From an uncultured delta proteobacterium (GTDB lineage: Bacteria > Desulfobacterota > RBG-13-43-22): DNA of 16,349 nucleotides. The DNA lies in assembly GCA_963802945.1 (NCBI GenBank), contig CAWDKY010000059.1, forward strand, positions 1-16,349. The letters are read 5' to 3'. The notes below the pieces were generated by a model, which saw only the letters and a program-made list of their open reading frames with translations, had not been told where the DNA came from and did not search any database. The position numbers and the translations under genes were made by a program. Position 1 is the first letter of the stretch; each line of letters begins with the position of its first letter. This document shows positions 1 through 9,298 of this stretch, piece after piece.

Positions 1-190
1 TTGATTTTCCAAGATTTAGATCTGACAGCAACAAACCAAGCTTATAAAGTATATTCGGGGTTTCCAAAAGGTCAATGAAGGGCTTACCAAGCGTTAATGT
101 TGGGTTTGGGAGTCTTCTAAAGTATTGCTCTGAAGCTTCACAAAGTCCAGAAACACCGATTTCTCTGATAAGCTGATCTGGATCAATCAT
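1..190 (-). CDS. 5' part of a CDS running off the window; probable class I SAM-dependent methyltransferase
   Basis: Hand translation from ATG at 190 is open to the window edge: MIDPDQLIREIGVSGLCEASEQYFRRLPNPTLTLGKPFIDLLETPNILYKLGLLLSDLNLGKS. It resembles, from memory, the N-termini preceding motif I in methyltransferases of glycan clusters. Motif I itself is outside the window. Not in the ORF track. Confidence 0.55.
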   Translation of the reverse strand, partial: MIDPDQLIREIGVSGLCEASEQYFRRLPNPTLTLGKPFIDLLETPNILYKLGLLLSDLNLGKS

Positions 191-254
191 TTACTCGTCC
201 ACTTCTTAAAGAACCATAAAAGCCTTTTGAAAGCAGTACAAATGGTAGTCCTCT

Positions 255-389
255 CTACCATCGCTCATTAACCGCATTGTCATTGACCATGCCAAAGCCA
301 AAGCAATGGTACATGGTGCAACCATCCCATTGCCCATTACCATTATAGTCCAAATATCAGCCACCATTACGGAAGACCCCCAATTTCGT
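255..389 (-). pseudogene. Remnant of one beta-propeller/FG-GAP-like repeat from an extracellular protein
   Basis: Hand translation gives TKLGVFRNGG*YLDYNGNGQWDGCTMYHCFGFGMVNDNAVNERW*. This fits the recalled repeat pattern K(I/L)GVFRNGxWYLDxNGNGxWDGCxxDxC..FG..D.PV.G.W, with TGA (357-359) at the Trp position. Confidence 0.6.
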
Positions 390-523
390 CCCCTGGGTGT
401 TTAAGGCACTCACTGCAGCCCCCAGATTGACCATTGACTTGGTGATGCTGAGAAACCTTTGAATTAATGTTTTAGACTTCAAATCTTTAATAAACCGGAA
501 TTTTTTTAAAATTTTTCTAAGTA

Positions 524-552
524 ATTATCTTAACTTTTTATTTCTTTGTCAA
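524..552 (-). promoter_or_regulatory. Candidate sigma70 promoter
   Basis: Minus strand reads TTGACA (552-547), a 17-nt spacer, then GATAAT (529-524). It lies in an AT-rich intergenic region and points at the CDS starting at 190. Confidence 0.4.
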
Positions 553-775
553 GTGATTTAAGTAAGTTATTTTGTTTAGGTTGTTTTTCTCTATTTTCAC
601 TTAAAATTTTTTAGGCTTCTTAGTCATCTATCCGCCAATTTTGGCACGGTTATGTAAAGGTCTCTAGAGTGGGAGTTTCTGCTTCAAAATAAAACTGGGT
701 TTTCGAGATGAATATTGGCGAAGGAGTGTTCTTCGAGATGGAAGTGAAATAAGGCATTGAGGTGATCTTCAAACC

Positions 776-1942
776 TTAATCCAATGATAAACCGGAATTG
801 TCGTTAAAAATTGTTCTGTAGACTTCCAAAACCCCTCGGGCCATTTTATCCCAAGAAAAAAGCCCGGCCCTGACTAAGCCTCGGTGCTGTAGATCAGCCC
901 GGAGGACGGTATCATTTTGCAACCGAGCCATAGCCTCGGTGAGGGCCTCTACATCTTCAGGATCCACCTGGATGCCCACATCATCAATGATCTCCGGCAG
1001 GCTGGTCCTATTAGAGGTAATAACGGCAGCCCCTAAACTCATAGCCTCCAAAACCGGTATCCCAAAACCTTCGAACAAGGAGGGATAGACAAAGGCAAAA
1101 CACTGGCGATAAAGCCAGCGTAACTGAAGGTCATTGACGTAACCTAAGAGATGAACTTTGTCCTTTAGACCTAAACCGGCAAGATAATCAGGCAATCCTT
1201 CTTCCAGCCAACCTCTGCCACCGGTCAGGACTAAGGGCAGATTAGTCAAACCCCTTTGGCTCAACTGGCCATAAGCCTGTATAAGACGCCTAATATTTTT
1301 ACGGGGCTCCAAGGTGCCAACAAATAACCAGAATCCATCCGATGGTAACTCGTAGATCCGACCGGCTTCATCGTCTATTCCATCTGTCAAGGAATAGCGG
1401 CTGGCCGGATGTAACACCTGAATACGTTTTGCCGGGTAATGAGGGAAAATTTCCAAGAAATGGTTTTTGCTATATTCCGAAATAGCGATGATTCTATCCG
1501 CATATAAGCTGGCCTTAAAAACCCCATCGAAACAGATTAATCGATTGAATTCGGTTGTAAATTCAGGGTATTCTAAAAAGGATAGGTCATATAAAGTATA
1601 GACCAGTCGGGCATGGCGAAGCCCTGTGGGGCAAAAAAAATTATTGGAATGGATAATGTCAGGATTCCCCAAAAGGTCTTCAAATTCTGGAGGAGGCTCA
1701 CGCCAAAAGGCCTTGGCTTGACTGGAAGAAAAGTCGGTGAAACGTCTTTCTATATTGGGTTGCTGAGAGAAAAAGGTGTTTCGTTTATGCTCTGGGTCCC
1801 AAAAGTCGGAACCAAAATTAGAATAAAGAATATAATAATTTTCATGATTCAATCGGGACAAGTGGTTGATTAGCGAGTAGGCCACAATCCCACAGCCGGC
1901 TTTATTGGCACCAGTCTGACTGACATCAAATCCGATCCTCAT
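776..1942 (-). CDS. Glycosyltransferase family 4 (MtfB/WbpY-like)
   Basis: Motifs FVGTLEPRKN and FVYPSLFEGFGIPVLEAM. Start moved from 2014 to ATG 1942 (MRIGFDVS), which overlaps the upstream TGA as ATGA and follows a purine-rich GGAGGCTGAAAGG. Confidence 0.92.
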   Translation of the reverse strand: MRIGFDVSQTGANKAGCGIVAYSLINHLSRLNHENYYILYSNFGSDFWDPEHKRNTFFSQQPNIERRFTDFSSSQAKAFWREPPPEFEDLLGNPDIIHSNNFFCPTGLRHARLVYTLYDLSFLEYPEFTTEFNRLICFDGVFKASLYADRIIAISEYSKNHFLEIFPHYPAKRIQVLHPASRYSLTDGIDDEAGRIYELPSDGFWLFVGTLEPRKNIRRLIQAYGQLSQRGLTNLPLVLTGGRGWLEEGLPDYLAGLGLKDKVHLLGYVNDLQLRWLYRQCFAFVYPSLFEGFGIPVLEAMSLGAAVITSNRTSLPEIIDDVGIQVDPEDVEALTEAMARLQNDTVLRADLQHRGLVRAGLFSWDKMARGVLEVYRTIFNDNSGLSLD

Positions 1943-2859
1943 CCTTTCAGCCTCCGCCGAATCAGTTGAATCCGCTGAACCATATGGGAGAGCGGTTTTC
2001 CCGCCCATTCCCACATCGTCCTCATTGCCGGTCTGGGGATATAATGATAGAAGCGGAAGAAAGAAAGGATGGTATTGATGATAAGAATCCTTAGATACTT
2101 ATCATTTTCTTCCGGGATTTGACGGTCAAACCCCCTGGTATCGGTTTTGACATGGGCATAACAGTAAACCCAACGCAAGGGAGTCTGCCCTAATCTTTTT
2201 TTTGTCATCTCGACGATCTCAAGATGTACGGCCACGCGGCTTCCCATGGTTTTGTTATTCTTATACATCCGGGAACCGGCTATTAGATTATTGAGTCGAA
2301 CGAATTCTATCTCAGTTCCCAATCGCAGCCAGTATTCATAATCCATACAATAACGTAACTTAGTGTTTAAGAGGCCTTTTTTCCCTACCACACGGCGTCT
2401 AAAAAAAACTGCTGGTTGGCATAAATAACAGACATCCTTGAGCCGCTCATAGTTCCAATCTTCGGTATAATAAGGTTCTATGATCCGGTCATCCTCATCT
2501 ATGTGATTGGCATCTCCATACACTACTTCTGAATCTGGATTATTTTCAAAAAAATCCAGGACAGCTTTCAGTGCCCCAGGATAGTAAATGTCATCCGAGT
2601 TCAGCCAGCCGATGATATCACCGGACGTCCTTTGAATCCCCTTATTTACAGCATCCGCCTGCCCTTTATCTTTTTCTGAGACCCAGCGAATACGATCTTC
2701 GTAGCGATGGAGTATCCCCAGGGTTTCATCGGTGCTGCCCCCATCACAAATCAGATATTCCAAATTGGGAATGCCTTGGGAAAGGACACTTTGTATCGTC
2801 CGCTCGATAAAAGGACCTTGATTATAGGAAGGGGTGATGATGCTTAGGGGCAAGGCCAT
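1939..2859 (-). CDS. Glycosyltransferase family 2
   Basis: Motifs SIITPSYNQG, DGGSTD, GWLNSDD, CQPAVFFRR and CMDYEYWLR. ATG at 2859 follows AGGTGA; the ORF track uses TTG at 2865. Confidence 0.93.
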   Translation of the reverse strand: MALPLSIITPSYNQGPFIERTIQSVLSQGIPNLEYLICDGGSTDETLGILHRYEDRIRWVSEKDKGQADAVNKGIQRTSGDIIGWLNSDDIYYPGALKAVLDFFENNPDSEVVYGDANHIDEDDRIIEPYYTEDWNYERLKDVCYLCQPAVFFRRRVVGKKGLLNTKLRYCMDYEYWLRLGTEIEFVRLNNLIAGSRMYKNNKTMGSRVAVHLEIVEMTKKRLGQTPLRWVYCYAHVKTDTRGFDRQIPEENDKYLRILIINTILSFFRFYHYIPRPAMRTMWEWAGKPLSHMVQRIQLIRRRLKG

Positions 2860-2861
2860 AT

Positions 2862-4214
2862 TCAATCACCTGAAGGGGTTGAAGAGTTAATGATTTGATT
2901 CTTCAGGGAGACACCTCCCGGATTCTCGCCAAGATGGGATTTCTTTTGCAATGTTTTGTTAAATATGTCTAAATAACAGAGGGCCATCTTTTCTCTACTA
3001 AATTTGGAAACCTGTTCGTAACCATGTTCGACTAATTCTGTCGCCTGTTTCGGATTAGTTATCACTTGTTCGATGGTTCTGACTATGTCTAATGGCTTCC
3101 GGGGATCAAAGCAAAGAGCCGCCTTCCCGCTAACCTCCGGCAAACTACACACCCGACTACATAACACAGGTTTCCCAAAGGCAAAAGCTTCCAAGATTGG
3201 AACGCCGAATCCTTCATATAGGGAGGGAAAGATTAAAAATTGGCATCCTCGAAACACAGCGGCAAGTTCCTCGTCAGTTAGATAACCCAGGAAGTGGACC
3301 CTTTTTCCTATCCCTATGGCGTCAACCGCCGCATGCAGTTCTTTCTCTGATTGATCGAGGGCCCCAGTTAAAACAAGATCCAATTCAAGACCTGGGTTAC
3401 GTTTGAGCAGAATATTGTAGGCAGTTAATAACATTTTATGGTTTTTATGAGGCCAATAATTAGCCGGATAAAATAAGTATGGCTGATCCTTAAGACTTGA
3501 TTTTTCTGAAATGGAAAGAGCCGGAGTAGTCTCACACAATCGGGAATGAATACATACCGGTACTGTAAAAGTTCGTTCAGGTGCTATTTTTAAATCCTCC
3601 AAAAGGGTTTGACGGGAAAATTCGGAAATACACACAATGGACTCCACTCGTTGACGAAGCCGATTCAAGGTATCATCGCGACATTCTAATTCTTTAGGGT
3701 CAAAAAATTGAGGATAGGTATGGTGTTGTAAATCATAAAAAATGGAAACCACCGGGATGCCGGGTTCCGCATAGATTGGAGCAGTAAAAGGGCAAAAAAG
3801 AAGATCCACCTCCTGGTCAGCCAACAAGCCTTTAGAAACCTTCAGATCGTTGAAGGGCTTGATTCGTTGAAGCCACTGTTGTTTGAGCCATCTGGCTGGA
3901 GGTAAAAGCCGGGCAACTATCCTCTCGGGTAAGGCCTGTCGTAGATGATGGATTAGTTGGGTCAGATAATTAAAATTTGATGAATAAGCCGGCTCTGAAG
4001 TTGGGTTCATTACCGGCATCACACAAAGCCGCTGAAATCTTGGTCCGTCGAAAACCACCAGTTCTTGATGGTTCCAATGGGCTGTAAGTAATAAAAAGTT
4101 GTAAGGATGAACTAATTCCTTGAATTGTGACAGGAGTTCTAAAACTAGGAGCTTGGCCGCTCCATTCTCTCCACCTGGAAGGAGAGGGGTCAAATCTACG
4201 GCAATGCGTGGCAT
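2862..4214 (-). CDS. Glycosyltransferase family 4 (MtfB/WbdA-like)
   Basis: Motifs YPANYWPHKNH and LIFPSLYEGFGVPILEAF; GT-B-type N-terminus RIAVDLT. Confidence 0.92.
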   Translation of the reverse strand: MPRIAVDLTPLLPGGENGAAKLLVLELLSQFKELVHPYNFLLLTAHWNHQELVVFDGPRFQRLCVMPVMNPTSEPAYSSNFNYLTQLIHHLRQALPERIVARLLPPARWLKQQWLQRIKPFNDLKVSKGLLADQEVDLLFCPFTAPIYAEPGIPVVSIFYDLQHHTYPQFFDPKELECRDDTLNRLRQRVESIVCISEFSRQTLLEDLKIAPERTFTVPVCIHSRLCETTPALSISEKSSLKDQPYLFYPANYWPHKNHKMLLTAYNILLKRNPGLELDLVLTGALDQSEKELHAAVDAIGIGKRVHFLGYLTDEELAAVFRGCQFLIFPSLYEGFGVPILEAFAFGKPVLCSRVCSLPEVSGKAALCFDPRKPLDIVRTIEQVITNPKQATELVEHGYEQVSKFSREKMALCYLDIFNKTLQKKSHLGENPGGVSLKNQIINSSTPSGD

Positions 4215-4235
4215 GAGTAGATTATTTTGTGACCT

Positions 4236-6299
4236 TTACGGGATTTTTTTCAATAATCCAGCAAGTTTCTTTCGCAATCTAATCTCAGGAAGTCGCTTGA
4301 ATTTTTCGAGCTGGACCTGGGTTAATTCCAATAAATCCTTTTGTGCCGCTAACATCTGGGAGAGTTCCTCGGTTTGTTTAAGCCGGGCACTTCGATCTTC
4401 TTCTGACTCTTTCAAAAGTCGGGAGAGTTCTTTGATTTGTTTAAGCCGGGCATTTCGATCCGTTTCCGATTCTTTCAAAAGTCGGGAGAGTTCTTCGGTC
4501 TGTTTAAATCGGGCACTTCGATCTTCTTCTGACTCTTTCAAAAGTCGGGAGAGTTCTTTGATTTGTTTAAGCCGGGCATTTCGATCCGTTTCCGATTCTT
4601 TCAAAAGCTGAGAGAGGTTCTCGATTTGTTTAAATCGGGCACTACGATCCGCTTCCGATTCTTTCAAAAGTCGGGAGAGTTCTTCGATCTGTTCCAGTCG
4701 GGCACTTCGATCAGCTTCCGATTCCTTCAAAAGTCGGGAGAGTTCTTCGGTCTGTTTAAATCGAGCGCTTCGATCTTCTTCTGACTCTTTCAAAAGTCGG
4801 GAGAGTTCTTCGATCTGTTTAAATCGAGCGCTTCGGTCAGCCTCGGACATTTGCCATTTTTGCTTTATTAAGGGAGCATATTCTTGTAGAGCCTTGAGTA
4901 AAACCGGGTCATAAATTTGCTGAAAATGGGGCCCCAAGGTAGCCTCAATCGAGACCGACAAATCACCCGGTGGGTTTGGTTTGGACTTATTTGTTTGGTT
5001 CAGTATTTTATTACTAACAAGCGGCCGAGGAACGACCTCCAGTAAGTCTTGGTATAGATCAAGGTAACGCTTCGCCTGGACCGGCAGGGCATAGTCCTTT
5101 TCAATCAATTGGCGGCAGTTTTGTCCCATAATCTCCTGTTGCTTTGAGTTAAAAAGAAATGATAATATCGCTTCGCTCAACTTCTTTGATTCACCAGGAG
5201 AAAAAAGTTTGCCGGTAACCTCATCTTTGACCATATCCGGTATTCCACCCACACTTGAACCAATCACTGGTGTTCCACAACTCATCGCTTCTAACATGGT
5301 TAAAGGCGAATTATCTTCCAAAGAGGGCAAGACAAACAAATCGGCAGCGGAATAAACCAGGCTTATTTTTTCATCAGATTCGAGATAGCCCAGTGACAAC
5401 ACCGGAATATCGATCGCCTTTAGGTCATCATTGAGATGGCCGAAACTTAGAATTTTTAGGCGTTCATCGGCAATCAATTGTTGAAATTTGGCGTTGGACA
5501 AACAACGCTGCATGGCCGCTAACAATACTTGAAAACCTTTTCTTTTTTCTTTGGCATCCACAGCGCCAAAGAGAATCGTTATAGTTTCTGGCCCTAATCC
5601 TAATTTTTTTTTGGCTTTTGGTTTAGGAAGCGGGGAAAAAGTTTCAACCTCTAAAGAATAGGGGATAACTTCAACTCGCAGGTCTTTAAAAAGTTTACTC
5701 TTCTGAGCACATGACGCAAGCCAATGGCTTGGGGAAACAATCGCCAGATTAGCGTTTTTAAATAATGCTATCTTATCTTTTAAGACCGCCTTAGGCAGAT
5801 TAAAGGAATCGTCAATCAACTGTGGACAAGAAGCGCAATCATGACGATATTTTTTGCACCCGGCTGAATAGTGGCATCCTCCTGTAAATGCCCATTGGTC
5901 GTGTAAGGTCCAGACAATGGGTTTACCCAGCGTGAATAATTTTTGCAGCGTAAAGGGGGATTGAAAGCGGGCTACCCAATGCAAATTAATCACGTCGGCC
6001 ATCTGGACGACCGTCAGTATGGAAAGGTCATAGCCGGGATAGGGCAGAGAAAAGATGGTGTCACTTAACGGGGTGCGGTGAGAGTCGATATAATTTTCTT
6101 GGATTATTGTTTCCAGGAAGAAATTATCTGGTGTAGGTGGTGCAGGAGTCAACGGCACTACTGAATCGTCGGTTGAGCTTTTATACCGGACGAGCATCTG
6201 GCTGTTTTGTTCTATTTGCCTCAGCCCTTTGTGCAAGCGGTAGGCGGCCCGGGCGGCTCCGCCTTGGATATCGTAGGTGGTGATATGAAGAATCTTCAT
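4236..6299 (-). CDS. Glycosyltransferase family 4 (WcaC-like) fused to a C-terminal repeat coiled coil and basic amphipathic tail
   Basis: Motifs GGAARAAYRLH, WTLHDQWAFTGGCHYSAGC...CASCPQL and LPSLEDNSPLTMLEAMSCG. The C-terminus has 21-aa repeats. ATG overlaps the upstream TGA (ATGA, 6296-6299). Confidence 0.92.
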   Translation of the reverse strand: MKILHITTYDIQGGAARAAYRLHKGLRQIEQNSQMLVRYKSSTDDSVVPLTPAPPTPDNFFLETIIQENYIDSHRTPLSDTIFSLPYPGYDLSILTVVQMADVINLHWVARFQSPFTLQKLFTLGKPIVWTLHDQWAFTGGCHYSAGCKKYRHDCASCPQLIDDSFNLPKAVLKDKIALFKNANLAIVSPSHWLASCAQKSKLFKDLRVEVIPYSLEVETFSPLPKPKAKKKLGLGPETITILFGAVDAKEKRKGFQVLLAAMQRCLSNAKFQQLIADERLKILSFGHLNDDLKAIDIPVLSLGYLESDEKISLVYSAADLFVLPSLEDNSPLTMLEAMSCGTPVIGSSVGGIPDMVKDEVTGKLFSPGESKKLSEAILSFLFNSKQQEIMGQNCRQLIEKDYALPVQAKRYLDLYQDLLEVVPRPLVSNKILNQTNKSKPNPPGDLSVSIEATLGPHFQQIYDPVLLKALQEYAPLIKQKWQMSEADRSARFKQIEELSRLLKESEEDRSARFKQTEELSRLLKESEADRSARLEQIEELSRLLKESEADRSARFKQIENLSQLLKESETDRNARLKQIKELSRLLKESEEDRSARFKQTEELSRLLKESETDRNARLKQIKELSRLLKESEEDRSARLKQTEELSQMLAAQKDLLELTQVQLEKFKRLPEIRLRKKLAGLLKKIP
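4356..4847 (-). repeat. Intragenic 63-bp tandem repeat (7 full units plus a 51-bp partial unit) encoding approximately LLKESExDRSAR(F/L)KQ(I/T)EELSR
   Basis: Visible in both DNA and protein. Positions 4384-4481 and 4510-4607 are identical over 98 nt at a 126-bp offset. Confidence 0.97.
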
Positions 6300-7058
6300 G
6301 GGTGTGGTCTACGGGCTTCCATAAATAATGAATCTGGTTTACGAACAGAGCCGTCATCTTCAACATCAAGCAGGTAAGCATTAAAATTAGGTATAGCCGA
6401 CTCATTTGCTTGACAGACCCGAATACTTTGAAATCCGGCTGTTTTCAATAACTCTGTTAATGAATAACGGTCATACATCCACAGATGTATTTCCCCAGCC
6501 AGACGGAACTGGCCGATTTGTAATGCAGAGGGATCTGGACTGTTTAATTCCAAAGGCTCCATGTTGGTATTTGACCGTATTCCCTTCAAAACAGTTAACA
6601 CCTCTGATCCAAGCCGTTCAATAACAAAATCCTCTGCCGGCATTGGGTTCTGTTTCCAGTAAGTGAGCATATCTCCCCCAGGCTTATTACGTACCATTTG
6701 GTCAAACAGTTCCAGTAGAATCCAATCATAACGTTTCTGGGCCTGGTCATCGCCCTGAAGGGCTTTTTCCAATAGACTCAGGTAAACTCGAACAATTTGC
6801 TCTAGATCCGGGACAACGATTTCGAATAGTGCCCCCCGTCTTAAGAACCCGGAAGCATTCTTTTAAAAAATAGGGGGCATATTTCTTGAGCAGATGTTCC
6901 AGTAGATGGGAATGATAAACAGCATCAAATTCCTTATCGGGAAAAGGTAGCGGCTGATTTAAATTGTGAGCGATAACACTCGGGCCGGTAGATCTAAAGT
7001 CGACATTTACCCAGTCTGAATGATAACGACTTCCACAACCAAGATTTAATAGTTTCAT
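6296..7058 (-). pseudogene. Class I SAM-dependent methyltransferase split by a +1 frameshift (or sequencing error)
   Basis: The N-part has LNLGCG, FDAVYHSHLLEHL and ECFRVLKTGG. Removing one base from the run at 6820-6822 (CGA-A-ATC on minus) gives GGTIRIVVPDLEQIVRVYL, joining ORFs 6747..7058 and 6296..6772 into ~253 aa. Confidence 0.85.
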
Positions 7059-7077
7059 TTATAACTTTCTTGGCAGG

Positions 7078-7846
7078 CTAACCATTTCGTTGATTTATTC
7101 CCCCTTTTATCCAGTAAGCCTGTGTATATCCTACTCTTTCCAACAACGGCTGTTCACCATACTTTTTGCAAAAGTCATAAAAAGCCAAACGACAACCCTC
7201 CCAGTGTCCAAAATCATCTAAAACAATACAAGCTCCGATTGGCATGAGAGGATAAAAAGTTTCCAAGACCAAACTGACAGACTCATACCAATCAGCATCG
7301 CAATGCAGCAAGGCTACCTGCTCAGGCAAGAAGTTATTGAATGTATCCTTGAACCAACCCTCTCTAATGACAACCTCTTCCGGTGTGGCCCCGGTGGCAG
7401 TCAGAATCTCTAATACATCACTCACCAGAGCCGCACACTCTCCGACCCATTTCTTAGCTTCTTCCCCATCTTGGTATACTGTTTCGGGCAATCCTTGAAA
7501 ACTATCATATAGCCATAATTTCCGGCGCCCCATGCCGGCCCTAAGGATGGCAGCTGAGCCACCTTTATAACAACCACATTCAACTAAATCACCGGTGACA
7601 CCTCGTTGGTTCACGTCTTTCATAAGGTTCCATAAAGAATGAAGTCGTTTGTAGTCAAGAAGTGTGTACCCTTGAACGGTCTGAAAGAGATCTTCGGAAA
7701 CTCACTATTTGGTTTGTTTCTTTTGTTTGAGAGGAGAGGATAACATCCGAAGAACTAACAATACATGGTTCAGATATGAGACGATTGGTATTTTTTTTCC
7801 AAAGCTTATCTCTTATAAATTTTTTTAAAAATTGTTTCACGTCCAT
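7078..7846 (-). pseudogene. TylF/MycF/NovP-family O-methyltransferase split by a +1 frameshift (or sequencing error)
   Basis: Motifs GDLVECGCYKGGS, LYDSFQGLP, GWFKDT, LLHCDADWYES and DDFGHW. The frame upstream of 7623 continues as EDLFQTVQGYTLLDYKRLHSLWNL. Removing one base at 7696-7697 (TTC-C-GAA) joins it to ORF 7655..7855 (ATG 7846), giving ~255 aa. Confidence 0.8.
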
Positions 7847-7875
7847 CTTTTCCAATTCTTGCTTTTGTTAAAAAC

Positions 7876-9261
7876 TTAATTCAGAATGTTCATAAAACAT
7901 TCCCCATGGAGATCAGCAATTCCATGGTAAGGCAAGCAATGCCCTGTGGTTTTCATGATTATAGAAAAATATCCAGCATTTCTAAGTCTTATAACCTCTT
8001 TTAGTTTGGATACGATCTCGGGAAAATTTAAAATCTCTTTCCGATTGTAACCTTGAGGCTCCATGGTAGCCAAGTTTACTTCAAACAGATAATCGCCGGG
8101 AGCAAGAGATAATTCCACTGTTTGCTTAAATTGTACCCTTTCCCCTTTTCTAAGAAAAAGGGGCGCATCCTTTAAAAGCTGAAGTGAATTTTTTCCATGG
8201 ACTATTATGTTCATTTTATTTGAAATTATTATTCCGCCTACAGGAACATCTATATTTTTTAATATCTCAAATTCATAATAGAAATTGCATTTTTCCCCCA
8301 TTTCAAAAAGAAATTTATTAATCCCATTTTCATCCGTAATGGCTACCTTGGTGCATCTGGCACTATTTGAATAGGCAATGGTTACAGATTTAGAAATATC
8401 TAAAAAAGTGTTTTCCGTCGGCCAGTCGTTAAATTCATTAAATTTTTCACAAGTTGATATTTCAAAATTATTTTTATTGTCTATATTTTCACTATTTTTC
8501 GGCACAAGGCCCCTCTCTAATTGATAATACCTTTCTACACCCTCGTTTGGCTGCCCTAAAAAACAACATTCACCATTAACTAACAATAAAACTTCACTGC
8601 TATACTTCTCTACGGCCGACATATCATGGGAAACCAGGAGTATTGTGGTCCCTTTTTTAAGCAATTCATCCATCCTTTGATGGCATTTGTGTTGAAAAAA
8701 TATATCCCCAACACTCAACGCTTCATCAACAATTAATATGTCGGGTTTAACACACGCCTGTACCGCAAAGGCCAGTCGTACAAACATACCACTTGAATAA
8801 TGCTTAACCGGCTGGTCCATAAATTGGCCAATGTCGGCAAAGGCGGCAATCTCGTCAAAAACATTGTCCATCGCCTCCCGGTCGAAGCCCAGGATGGAGC
8901 CGTTCAGATAAACATTTTCCCTGCCAGTGAAATCCGGATTAAAACCACTTCCCAACTCTAAGAGGGCCGCTACCCGACCGTTTACCTGTACTTCGCCAAC
9001 AGTAGGGGTTTGAGTCCCGACGATAATTTGCAGCAATGTGCTTTTGCCGCTGCCATTCTTGCCGATAATACCCAGGGCTTCTCCCTTTTTCACCTCAAAG
9101 GAAATATCCCGCAGGGCCCAGAACTCCCGGCTATATCGCTTGCCGAATCTCCAAAATAATTGCTCCTTCAAGCGATCCTTCGGCCGCTCGAATAATCGAT
9201 ACATCTTTCCAACATTACGGACAGAAATCATGACATCATTATTTGCAGATTGATTTAACAT
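7876..9261 (-). CDS. wzt: Polysaccharide ABC transporter ATP-binding subunit with C-terminal carbohydrate-binding (Wzt_C-like) domain
   Basis: Walker A GKNGSGKST, LLELGSGFNPDFTGRENV, signature YSSGMFVRLAFA, Walker B ILIVDEALSVGD and H-loop VSHD, followed by a ~200-aa C-terminal extension. Confidence 0.95.
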   Translation of the reverse strand: MLNQSANNDVMISVRNVGKMYRLFERPKDRLKEQLFWRFGKRYSREFWALRDISFEVKKGEALGIIGKNGSGKSTLLQIIVGTQTPTVGEVQVNGRVAALLELGSGFNPDFTGRENVYLNGSILGFDREAMDNVFDEIAAFADIGQFMDQPVKHYSSGMFVRLAFAVQACVKPDILIVDEALSVGDIFFQHKCHQRMDELLKKGTTILLVSHDMSAVEKYSSEVLLLVNGECCFLGQPNEGVERYYQLERGLVPKNSENIDNKNNFEISTCEKFNEFNDWPTENTFLDISKSVTIAYSNSARCTKVAITDENGINKFLFEMGEKCNFYYEFEILKNIDVPVGGIIISNKMNIIVHGKNSLQLLKDAPLFLRKGERVQFKQTVELSLAPGDYLFEVNLATMEPQGYNRKEILNFPEIVSKLKEVIRLRNAGYFSIIMKTTGHCLPYHGIADLHGECFMNILN

Positions 9262-9298
9262 GGAATGCTATGTTTATAAGGGCAGATTATAAATTTCT

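Noticed and set aside
357-359. TGA at a Trp position as evidence of an alternative genetic code
   Set aside because: TGA serves as a normal stop in neighbouring genes (ATGA overlaps at 1939-1942 and 6296-6299), and the fragment is otherwise degenerate.
641-657. Sigma54-like TTGGCACGGTTATGTAA on the plus strand
   Set aside because: No GC at -12 and no plus-strand gene downstream.
1943-2014. N-terminal 24-aa extension of the last GT4 in the ORF track
   Set aside because: It overlaps the GT2 3' end. The ATGA-coupled start at 1942 gives a typical GT4 N-terminus.
4120-4784. Plus-strand ORFs 4120..4611 and 4563..4784
   Set aside because: They are antisense shadows of the tandem repeat, since a stop-free unit repeated gives long ORFs. 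No recognisable protein.
4356-4847. 63-bp periodic array as a CRISPR array
   Set aside because: The whole unit repeats with no unique spacers, it is in frame inside a CDS, and no cas genes are present.
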